Below are positions 30,068 to 40,900 of a stretch of 64,000 nt of DNA, in pieces. A program made the position numbers and the translations under genes. This DNA is from an uncultured Chloroflexia bacterium (lineage in GTDB: Bacteria; Chloroflexota; Anaerolineae; CG2-30-64-16), in contig CAVZDU010000003.1 of the NCBI GenBank assembly GCA_963774265.1, forward strand, positions 352,001 to 416,000. Reading direction: 5' to 3'. Position 1 is the stretch's first letter; every line of letters begins with the position of its first letter. The notes under the pieces were generated by a model that saw nothing but the letters and a program-made list of their open reading frames with translations, was not told where the DNA came from and did no database searches.

Positions 30068-31435
30068 GTGGTCGCGCTCTTCCGGCGCTTGGCGCACCCA
30101 AACGGCTCGCGCTGCTGGTCGAAGGGGAGAGCCTCTTCAACGATGGCACGGCCATCGTGGTGTTCAACCTGGTGGTGGCCGCGGCCTCACCGGCGCCTTC
30201 CATCCGGTCGCTGGGATGCCTGGACTTCCTGCGCGTCGCGGCCGGCGGGCTGGCGGTCGGTTTCGTCCTGGGCTGGCTGATCGCGCAACTGATCGCCCGA
30301 ATCGATGACTACCTCATCGAGACCACCCTGACCACGGTGCTGCCTTCGGGGCGTACCTGATCGCCGAGCGCCTGCACTTCAGCGGCGTGCTGGCCGTGGT
30401 GGCGGCCGGACTGATCAACGGCAACATCGGTCCCCAGGGGATGAGCCCCACCACCCGCATCGTACTCTTCAACTTCTGGGAGTATGTGGCGTTCCTGGCG
30501 AACTCGTTGGTCTTTCTGCTGATCGGTCTGCAGGTGAATATCCCTTCGCTGGTCGCCAACTGGCAGCCGGTGCTTTGGGCAATCCTGGCGGTGCTCGTCG
30601 CACGCGCGATTGTCACTCTATGGGCTGGGCTGGCTGGGCAACCGGTGACGGAGCCGATCCCCTGGCGGTGGTTGCACGTTCTGAACTGGGGCGGGCTGCG
30701 CGGCGCCATCGCCCTCGCGCTGGCGTTGAGCCTGCCGGCGGCCCTGGGTCCGGATCGCGATCTCAGCTTCGCGTGCTGGCTTTGGGGTCGTGCTCTTCAC
30801 CCTGGTGGTTCAAAGCATGACCATGAAGCCGCTGCTGCGCTGGCTGCGGCATCGCAGTCCGTGATCCGATCCAGATCGAATACGAGACACGCCACGCGCG
30901 GATGCTGGCTTTCCGCGCAGCCGCGATGCACCTGGACCGCATGCAGCGCGAGGGATTCCTATCGGAGCATGCCTGGGAAGTGCTCCGGCCTGAGTTACTG
31001 GAGCGGGTGGACCGGCTGGCGTTGGATGTGCGGGCGCTGCAACGCGTACACCCGGAGCTCGCCGTCAAGGAGCTGGACACCGCGCGCCGCGAGCTGTTGC
31101 GTGCCCAGCGAAGCGCGTTGCGCGGCCTGCAGCGCGACGGGGCTATTTCCGAGGAGGTTTTCGAGGCCCTCGTCACCGAGATTGATGCCGGACTGGACGA
31201 TCAGGACACATCGGCGCCCGCGCGGCCCACAGAGCAGGAGCACACGACGATCTCGCCAGATAGAAACACCGCCACCAGGCGCCTGATCGACCCATCGAAT
31301 CGACGCCAGCACAGTAGGCTTCCCCACGGACTACGAAGCTTTAGCTGCAGTATAATACTTCACGAATTATACACGATCGAACAACAAATTTTAAGATTAA
31401 TGTTATCGGCCGCCGACATTTCGATACTCGCGTGA
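30068..31435 (+). pseudogene. CPA1 Na+/H+ antiporter, 5'-truncated and frameshifted
   Basis: Begins mid-protein at VVALFRR...LVEGESLFNDG; SGVLAVV, FWEYVAFLANS, WGGLRGAI in different frames; 3' end uncertain. Confidence 0.8.
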
Positions 31436-31493
31436 TGTGGTGGCTTTTTACTTTGGAGCACGGTCGTGGGGAACGTCAGATGAGGGCCAACCA

Positions 31494-32896
31494 ATGAACC
31501 AATACCTTCCGGGTCGGATCAGGCAAGCTGCGATGCTGGCACTCTCCGTTTCGATGCTCGTGGGTTGTACGGCGACCTTCGTTCCTTTGCAGCCCACTGA
31601 CTCTCCCATCCAGGCGACCCTCACCGCGCTGGTGCTCCCTGTGCAGGTGTCAAGGCCGAACACAGGGGAAACGAGCCTGAAGCAGGATGATACGGTGGTC
31701 GTGGGAATCGATGACCGGGTCGGGGTGCCGGAGAGTGGGCATGCGGTAGTGCAGGTCGGCGACCGTTTGGTGGTCGATGTTCTCGCGGGGCGGACTTCAG
31801 CATACCGGAGGTCAGACGTGAGCCAGGCGATGCCATCTTCGCGAGACTGAAGCAGATCAAAGGTCACTCCCACGTCGTGTTGAACGGAAATGCGAACGCG
31901 CGGGTGCGGCTGGAGACCGACTTTGCATCTATCACGACCCTGGAACCCGGGAACGGAATACCTGGTGTGCCACGATCCAACCCTGCTGACCTGCCTCGTC
32001 GTCTTAAAGGGGGAGGTGGAGGTCGTCGGACAGGGCAAGGTGGTCAGAGTCCAGGCTGGTGAGGGCACATATGTCCTTAAGGATAAACCTCCGTTTCCGC
32101 CGATTTGTGCGCATTTGGGGGACGTGAATGGATGGCTGGACAAACAACTGGGCACAGGATCGATCAAAGCCTTGGGTGAGCTTGTCGCAGGATGGAAGCA
32201 GGAATCCTGTGCTGCCGCAACTGCAGCGGCGCCGGTTGCGGTGTACACCAGCCAGCCTCAGGCCCTTCCTTTGTCCGAGGGCATGATCAAGGTTGAAGCT
32301 GGCGCCTATACGGTCGGCAGCACGCATCGGACGAGTTTCATATTCCTCCAATACAGAAGAAGCTGCCGACCTTCTGGATCGACATTCACGAAGTGACAAA
32401 TGCGCAATATGAAGCGTTCTCAACCAGACCGGCCATCCGAAACCCGCTTCTTGGCCGGCAGGATAATCACCCGGTCAAGGGTGTCACCTGGGACGATGCG
32501 GTTGCCTATTGCGCTTGGGCCAACAAGCGCTTGCCGTCTGAGGCCGAATGGGAAGTGGCCGCCCGGGGACCCAGCGCGGATCCGCCGTTGTATCCCTGGG
32601 GTAGCGATCCGGAGGACGGTGGGAAGGTTGACTATCTCCCCCGCACCGAAACCTATGAAGTCGGCAGCGTTGCCTTTAACATGAGCCCCTTCGGTGTCTA
32701 TGACATGGCCGGCAATGTCTGGGAGTGGGTGGGTGACCCATACTACCCCGTATCGGAAGGCATGAAGATCGTGCGAGGCGGCCGCTACGGGCGGATCAGG
32801 GATATGGCTTACCGCCAGCAAGCAGAACCCAAGAGCGGACGTTTCGTCCCCTATGCCGGTTTTCGCTGTGCGGCCGATCAGGTGGAAGGAGAGTGA
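31494..32896 (+). CDS. lipoprotein with FecR-like beta domain and C-terminal FGE-sulfatase (SUMF1) domain (frameshifted)
   Basis: Lipobox LVGC; EVTNAQY, HPVKGVTW, RLPSEAEWE, YPWG, DMAGNVWEW, RGG, GFRC across ORFs 31437, 31890 and 32393. Confidence 0.75.
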
Positions 32897-32899
32897 GGG

Positions 32900-34585
32900 A
32901 TGAAAAGGTCTTTTCGACTCTGGAGAGAGCATGGGTGCTGTTTCTCGTCTTAGCAGTCAGCAGTTGCACCGGTATGCAGTTCAACCGGCGCCAACCGGGG
33001 CTAAAGCTGTTGTAAGTCCTGCGCCGACAGGCAGATCCGGTCCGGCAGCTTCGGCGACAGCCCCGGCTGCAGCATCGGGTCCGAGGGCTTCCGCAACGCC
33101 GGCTTCGGCGCCGGCATGGGCGCTACTCCTGCCGCGATGGGTGAATCCGCATCCGCCGTGGCAGCCGCGCCTGTCAAGCAGGCAGTCGCCCAGAAGGGCG
33201 TGCTGTATCAGGATGATTTCACGGATCCGAAGAGTGGTTGGCCGAACAGTCTGGAGTATGGCAACTACTACATTGGCTATCATGAGCCGAATCACTACCA
33301 CGTGGAAGTCCATGTGCCGAACGATCGGGCGGTGGTGCCGTGCCGAAGCAGACCTTCGGCGACTTCACGATGGAGACGAAGGTCTGGGCCGATCCGAACA
33401 ACACAGCCAAGACCGGCGATTTCCGTTACGGTCTGGTCTTCCGGCGGTCGGGCAACCAGTACTATGCGTTCGTGGTCTCGCCGCGCACCAAGACCTGGTA
33501 TGTGCTGAAGAGTTCTCCGGGCGGTCTGGTGGACTCTGAAGAAAGGCAGCAATGATTCGATCCAGGGTCTGACGGCCGACGACACCTTGCGCGTGGATGC
33601 CAAGGGGTCGACCTTCTTCTTCCACATCAACGATCAGGAGCGTCGGCCAGGTCAGCGATGCCGACTACGCCAGCGGCGAGGCGGGCTTCCTGGTCGAGAC
33701 GCAGGACAGCCCCCGCGCCCACATCCATTACGGCACAACCACGATCCGCGAGGTCGAGACTGCTCAGCCTTCAGCGAGCATCCTGTATCGGGATGATTTC
33801 ACGGATCCTGAAGAGTGGTTGGCCGAACAGTGTGGAGTATGACAACTACTACATTGGCTATCATGAGCCGAACCACTACCACGTGGAAGTCCATGTGCCG
33901 AACGACCGGGCGGTGGTGCCGTGCCGAAGCAGACCTTCGCCGACTTCACGATGGAGACGAAGGTCAGGACCGATCCGAACAACACAGCCAAGACCGGCGA
34001 TTTCCGTTACGGTCTGGTCTTTCGTCGTTCGGGCAACCAGTACTATGCGTTCGTGGTCTCGCCGCGCACCAAGAGCTGGTATGTGCTGAAGAGTTCTCCG
34101 AGCGGTCTGGTGACCCTGAAGCAAGGCACGCAATGATTCGATCCAGGGTCTGACGGCTGACGACACCTTGCGCGTGGATGCCAAGGGGTCGACCTTCTTC
34201 TTCCACATCAACGATCAGGAGCGTCGGCCAGGTCAGCGATGCCGACTACGCCAGCGGCGAGGCAGGGTTCCTGGTCGAGACGCAGGACAGCCCGCGCGCC
34301 CACATCCATTACGGCACAACCACGATCCGCGAGGTCGAAACCCCACAGCTTGTGTGCACGGTAACCGCGTACGCGCTCAATGTTCGGAGCGGGCCAGGCA
34401 TGACGTACCCTTCGCTGGTCGTCATGCGAAGCGGCGCTCAATTCGAGCCGCTTGCCCGCGACGCTGTTGGATCATGGATCAATGTGCGTGTCATAAGTGG
34501 CGATATGAAGGGTTGGATTTCAAGCGCGCCAGCGTTCGTGACCTGTAACATGGCGGTTAACGACCTGGCGGTGCGCCAACCATGA
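32900..34585 (+). CDS. lipoprotein with two tandem DUF1080/LamG-like beta-sandwich domains and C-terminal SH3 (frameshifted)
   Basis: MKRSFRLW...VLFLVLAVSSC, Pro/Ala linker, 2x LYxDDFTDP.SGW...FxDFTME...YGLVFR...FHIN...SGEAG, ALNVRSGPG...GWIS. Confidence 0.7.
33203..34338 (+). repeat. intragenic direct tandem duplication, ~580-bp period
   Basis: 33203-33757 and 33783-34338 are near-identical by eye. Confidence 0.95.
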
Positions 34586-36631
34586 CTGAGTTCGCCGACC
34601 TGGAGATTGGGCTGCACCGTCGAGATGCCAGCGTCTACGTCATCGAGTTTCGTTTCAGCCAGCCCAACAGCGAAGCCGATGTGCGTCTTGATCAGGGCCA
34701 ATCGGCTCAGGCGGCTTTTGACCTCGGCTGAACTCATCAGCCTGGTCTACGACCCTGCGGCTTACGGACAAAACCTGACACAGTCCTTCTTCGCGGAGCC
34801 CGCCGTCCAGACCGCGTTCGTGCAGGCGCGTGCCAGCGCCCAATCGCTTGGCGCGCCTCTGCGCGTCCGGCTGCTGATCGGCGCCAGTGCCGGCGAGCTG
34901 CAGGCTCTGCATTGGGAGTTGCTGGCTGATCCGCAAGGGAACAGCCCGCTCTCTACCAGCGAGAACCTGCTTTTTTCTCGCTATCTGAGCAGCCTGGATT
35001 GGCGCCCCGTTCGACTGCGCGCCAAAGGTGAGCTGCGGGCTCTCGTCGTGGTTGCGAACCCATCCAACCTCTCCGACTATGGCCTGACGCCGATCGACGT
35101 GGCCGGGGAGCTGGTCCGGGCACGCGATGGGCTCGGCGAGATTCCCATCACCCCCTTGCCCGACTCGGATGGCGTCCGGCGGGCCACTTTGAACAATCTG
35201 GTCGCGCTGCTGCGCGAGACCGAGTACGATATTCTCTACCTGGTGTGCCACGGCGCCCTGGTCAAGTCGGAACCCTGGCTTTGGCTGGAAGACGATCAGG
35301 GTAAAGTGGCGCGCGCTTCGGGCGTCGAATTGGTTACTCGTCTTGGCGAATTGACGACGCGTCCTCGCTTGCTCGTGCTGGCCTCTTGCGAGAGCGCGGG
35401 CGACGGCTCCGGAGATGCGCTTGCTGCCCTCGGACCTCGATTCGCCGAGGCCGGCATCCCGGCGGTGCTGGCGATGCAGGGCAAGATCAGCGTGCAGACG
35501 TTGTCGCAGTTCATGCCGGTGTTTTTCCATGAGCTGCAACGTGACGGTCAGATCGACCGGGCAGTGGCGGTGGCGCGGGGCGCGGTTCGCCAGCGGCCCG
35601 ATCATTGGATGCCGGCTTTGTTCATGCGCCTCAAAAGCGGGCGCATCTGGTATGTTCCCGGTTTCGCCGACGAGCAGGAAGACTTTGAAAAATGGTCCAG
35701 CCTGTCCGGTTTCGTCCACGACCGGACCTGTACGCCGATCCTGGGACCCGGGCTAATCGACAGTATCATCGGCTCCCGGCGCGACATCGCGGTTCGCTGG
35801 GCCGAGCGACACGGCTTCCCCCTGGCCAGCCAGGACAGGGACAATCTCCAGCAGGTGGCCCAGTATCTTCTGACCCGTCAATCGCCGGCCTATGTGCCGG
35901 TTATCTATCGAGAGGCACTGCGCGAGGCAGTGCTGTGCCGCTTTAGCGCCGCACTACCCGCAGAGCTGCAGCAGGTCGCCACCTGGTCAACTCCTCAGTT
36001 GCAGCAGGCGCTCGGGTTGGTGTCTGACCGTTATTCGATGGACAACCCATCCGAGCCTTATGACTTGCTGGCGCGGTTGCGCTTGCCGATTTACGTCACC
36101 ACCTCGACACTCGATTTCATGACCCAGGCCCTGGTCGGGGCCGGCGCTGAGCCGGTCGTGCGGATCTGCCCATGGAACAAGTGGATCCCAAAGGAAAAGG
36201 CCATCTACGAAGACGAACCCACTCCGGAAAGGCCGCTGGTATATCATCTGTTCGGCCACTTGAGCGTGCCGAGCTCGCTCGTGCTCGCCGAGGACACGTT
36301 CTTCGATTATCTGATCGGAGTGACACAGAACAAGAGCCTGATCCCCAGCGCAGTGCGGGCAGCCCTAAGCAACACCTCCCTCTTGTTTCTCGGCTTCCAG
36401 ATGGACGACTGGGAGTTCCGGGTCTTTTTCCGTTTTCTCATAGGGCAGGAAGGGAAGGAAATGCTCAAGCTGTACAGCCATGCTGCGGCGCAGATCGAGC
36501 CGGAAGAGACCCGCATCCTGGATCTCAAGCGCGCCCGCAAGTACCTGGAAGAGTACTTCGAAAGCGAGCACATCGCTATCTACTGGGGCAGCACCGAGGA
36601 ATTCCTGAAAGCGCTATGGCAACATCTGTAG
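34582..36631 (+). CDS. CHAT (caspase-like) protease fused to a SIR2-like (SIR2_2) domain
   Basis: Start MTEFADLEIG at 34582 (frameshift near 34720); LHWELL, YLVCHG, VLASCES, PAVLAMQ; then PILGPG, YVTTS, VYHLFG, SLLFLGFQMDDWEFR. Confidence 0.85.
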
Positions 36632-39600
36632 GTGAGCCCAATCCATATATCGGCCCGCGCGCCTTCCAATTGGGCGAGCGCATCTATGGCCGGGAGCACG
36701 AAGCCAGCCAGTTGGTCAACCTGATCATCGCTGAACGGGTCGTGCTGCTTCATTCCCCTTCCGGCGCGGGCAAGACCTCCCTGATCCAGGCCGCCCTGAT
36801 CCCAAGATTGCTGAAGAGCAGGTTCCAGGTGTTGCCTGTGGTGCGCGTCAATCTGGCTTCGCCGATTCGAAGGACCGGGACCCTGAATCCAACCGCTATG
36901 TCTACAGCGCTCTGCTGTCTCTGGAAGAAGGGCTGTCCCCCGGCCAGCAAGTTGGGTCAGCCGATCTGGCCCGGATGAGTCTCTCGGACTATCTGGCACA
37001 GCGGCCAGGCCGGAAGGCGCACTCGACATCCAGGTGCTCATCTTCGACCAGTTCGAGGAAATCCTCACCCTGGATCCCACGGACCTGGCTGCCAAGCAGG
37101 AGTTTTTCAGGCAGCTGGGCGATGCGCTGGCCGCGCCCAAGCGCTGGGCGCTGTTTTCCATGCGCGAGGATCATGTTGCGGCCCTCGATCCGTACAAGCT
37201 GCCTATCCCGAGCCTCTTGGCGAACACATTCCGACTCGACCTGCTGGGCCTGGAGGCGGCTCGCCAGGCGATCCAGCGACCGGCCCTGCAAGCCGGGGTC
37301 GAGTTCGAGGACGCGGCGGTTGAAAAACTGGTGGATGATCTGCGCCGGGTGCGCGTGCAGCAGCCGGATGGTTCGGTGGCGCCACAGCTGGGCCCACACG
37401 TCGAGCCGGTGCAGCTCCAAGTGGTTTGCCATCGACTGTGGGAAACCCCGCGTCCCGCCATGGGACGGATCACCGAGCAGGACCTCGCGGCGTTCGGGCA
37501 GGTGGACCAATCGTTGGTCGACCAGTCCCTGGCAGAGTACTATGCCGAGCGGGTGGCGGCTGTCGCGGCCGAAACCGGGACAAGCGAGCGCAGCATCCGG
37601 GAATGGTTCAATCGCCGGCTGATCACCGAGCAGGGCGTGCGCGGCACGGTGCTGATGGGAAAGGAACGAAGCGGCAGCTTGGACAACCGTGCTATCCGGT
37701 CCTGGTCGATGCCTATCTGGTGCGAGGCGAGAAACGCGGCGGGGCCACCTGGTTCGAGCTGTCCCACGATCGACTGATCGGACCGGTTCGCGGTGGATAA
37801 TGCTGCATGGTTCAAGGCCAACCTGAGCCTGGTCCAGCAGCGCGCCGACGTGTGGGAACAACAGGACCGGCCAGAGAGCCTGCTGCTGCGCGGGCAGGAG
37901 CTAGCGCAGGCCAGGTTGTGGGCGGAGGACCATCAGGCGGAGTTGCTGCCCTCCGAGGTGGATTACCTGGCCGGCAGCCAGGAGCAGGCTATCCGTGCCT
38001 TACGCCTGAGGCGACGCAACCAGGTCATTTTGGTGCTGGGAATAGCGTCGATGCTGCTTGCCTTCGTGGCTTCGCTAGCCTTCAGGACGGCAGCCCGTGA
38101 GCGGGACTTGGCCCGACGCCAGGAACGGCTGGCGCGTGCGGGCCAGTTGGCGGCGCAGTCGCAGGCCGCCCTGCAAGCGTTTCCGCCTCGCAGCATGTTA
38201 TTGGCCGTCGAGGCCCTGAGCGTTACGCTCAAGGCCGGTGAGCCGCGCCTGGCGAATGCCGAAAATGCTCTGCGCGGTGCTCTCAGCGATCCCCATGGGA
38301 TACCCTTGCCCGGTCACACGGGTGAAATCAAGGCCCTGGCCTTCAGCCCGGAGTGCGGCGGCTCACTCAGTGCGCCCGGCGGAGCTGTCCCTGGGACAGC
38401 GGCGCGGTGTGGACACTGGTTGGCCACCGGCAGCGATGACAATACCGTCCGGTTGTGGTCCATCGACGCCACGGATGGGGCCGCGAGTCCACTCATCCTG
38501 TCAGGCCACGAGAACCGCGTCACCGCCCTGGCCTTCAGCCCGGAGGGCCGTTGGCTGGCCTCAGGGAGCGCGGATCAGACCCTCCGGCTCTGGGACCTGC
38601 CGCGCCGCGGATCCCGCTGCGAATCCCCTGGTTCTGAACAGCCAGGGTGGTGACGTGTATGCATTGGCCTTCAGCCCGGAGGGCCGTTGGTTGGCCGCCG
38701 GCGGCCTCGACGGAAGGGTGCAGTTGTGGGACATGGCCGCGCCTGTAGCGGGAGCCACGCCGGTCATCCTATCCGGCCACCAGGGCTCGATCCTCATACT
38801 CGCCTTCAGCCCTGGCGGTCACTGGCTGGCAGCAGGCAGCGATGACAGGACCGTCCGGCTCTGGGACATGACCGCCGGGAATGTCGATGCGTCCCTGAGA
38901 GTTCTGCGCGGGCATGAGGGCGTGATCACCAGCCTGGCCTTCAGCGCAGACGGACGGTGGCTGGCCACCGGCAGTCGAGACAAGACGGCCAGGCTGTGGG
39001 ACCTGGCCGCGGCCGATCCGGAGGCTCAGCCGCGCGTTTTGCGCGGGCACAGCGATTGGGTCAACGCCCTCGCATTCAGCCCGGAGTGCGACCGCCTGCG
39101 CGAAGGGTCAGCGGATTCGTGTGTGCAATGGCTCGCGACCGGGAGCGGCGACAAAACCGTCATGCTGTGGGACCTGAGTGCTCCGGAGGCGGTCGCCTCT
39201 CCACGGGTTCTCACGGGTCACGAGGGGGCTATCAACACCCTCGCCTTCAGCCCCGAGGGTCGTTGGTTGGCGACCGGCAGTACGGACAAGACTGCTCGAC
39301 TGTGGGACCTGCGTGCGGGAGACCCCGGCCCGGCCCCAGTTGTTTTGCGCGGACATGAAGATTGGGTCAATACCCTCGCCTTCAGTCCGTGGTGCTACAA
39401 CCCGCCTGGGGCCTCCGGCGAAGCAGTCCTGGGGACAGGGGACGGGTGCCCGCGTCTGTTGGCCACCGGCAGCAAGGACATGACCACGCGGTTGTGGGTC
39501 GTGGGCGCCGTCGACCCGACCGCGGATCCCATCGTTTTGAACAGTCACAAGGACCAGGTCAACACCCTGGCATTTGACCCGGACGGACGTTGGCTGGCGA

Positions 39601-40874
39601 CCGGTGGGGGCGATCCGGCCGGATCGCCGGGCGGCGACAATACCGACAATGCCGTTCGGCTGTGGGATGTGGGAGCCGCTGGCCCGGCCGCGGCTCCCAT
39701 CCTCCTGAGCGGCCATGATAAGTGGATCAGCACGCTCGCCTTTAGCCCGAGGTGCGGCGCCCCATTCGGAGGGTCAGCGGCGCGGTGTGTGCAATGGCTT
39801 GCAACCGGCAGCGGAGACAGTACCGTCAGGTTGTGGGACCTAAGCGCCGGGGATGGTGTCGCCTCGCCCCGCGTCCTGACCGGCCATGCAGGGCCTATCA
39901 CTGCTCTCGCCTTCAGCCCACAGTGCGCCAACTCAACCGGAGCGACAAGCGTGCCAGCCCAGGGGTCAGCGGAGCAGTGCGCCCGCTGGCTGGCGACCGG
40001 CAGCCAGGACAAGACCGCGCGGCTCTGGAACCTGTCAGCCGCGGGCCCGGTCGGAGACGCACGCGTCTTGGCTGGCCACGAATCGATCGTCAGGGCGTTG
40101 GCGATCAGCCCGGATGGACGCTGGCTGGCCACCAACAGCGACTACACCACTTATTTGTGGGACCTCACCGCGCTGGGCGCGGATCCAATCAGGCCGGCGC
40201 ACACCCTGCACGAACACAGCGATTTCGTCACCAGTCTCGCCTTCAGTCCCGACAGCCGCTGGCTGGCCACCGGAGGTGGGAGCAGCGACAAGACGATCCG
40301 GGTATGGGACATGCGCGCTGCCAACCCCGCGGCCAATCCCAAAATCCTAACCGGTCCCCAGGCTGAGGTTAGCGTGCTGGCCTTCAGCCCGGGGTGCCCT
40401 GGCTCATCCCAAGCGCCGGCGGGGGGGTGCGGGCGCTGGCTGGCCGCTGGCAGCAAGGATAAGATAGTCCTGGTGTGGCCTGTTGGCGAGGACGGTCCGG
40501 GCGGGGAGCCGCTCGTCCTGCGCGGCCACTCGGGGTCGATCACCGCCCTGGCCTTTAGCACAGACGGCAATTGGCTTGCCACCGGCAGCGATGATGAGAC
40601 GGCCAGGCTGTGGGATCTGCATTCCCCGAACACTTCGGCCCAGTCTGCCGTGTTAGGGGGCCACGCGGCAGGGGTCCTCACCCTGGCTTTTGACCCGGAG
40701 GGCCGCTGGCTGGCCACAGGCAGCCAGGACCACACCGTTCGATTGTGGTCCTTGTCCCTGGACAACCTGATCAGCCTGGCCTGTTCTGGTGCGGGGCGGA
40801 ATCTCACCCAGGAGGAATGGGTGGAGTTCTTCCCCGGCGAGACCTACCGCAAGACCTGCACCCAGTGGCCCTGA
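36616..40874 (+). CDS. nSTAND1-type NTPase, TM helix, 16 WD40 repeats (several frameshifts)
   Basis: NPYIGPRAF, YGRE, SPSGAGKTSL, IFDQFEE, MRED, LQVVC, ELSHDRL, LLLRG, TM VILVLGIASMLLAFVASLAF, GH...AFSP...WLATGS...LWD repeats, ACSGAGRNLTQEEW...TC tail. Confidence 0.85.
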
Positions 40875-40900
40875 CTTTGCCCGGCACCCGCCATCGGCCG

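Noticed and set aside
31300-31490. AT-rich stretch containing VVAFYFGARS, a possible membrane-gene remnant
   Set aside because: Too short and broken to support a call
32393-34338. Possible diversity-generating retroelement (FGE domain near a long repeat)
   Set aside because: No reverse transcriptase in the window, the repeat does not cover the FGE C-terminus, and differences between copies are not adenine-specific
38300-40760. Regularly spaced gccttcagccc motifs resembling a CRISPR array
   Set aside because: They are codons of in-frame WD40 repeats; no cas genes present
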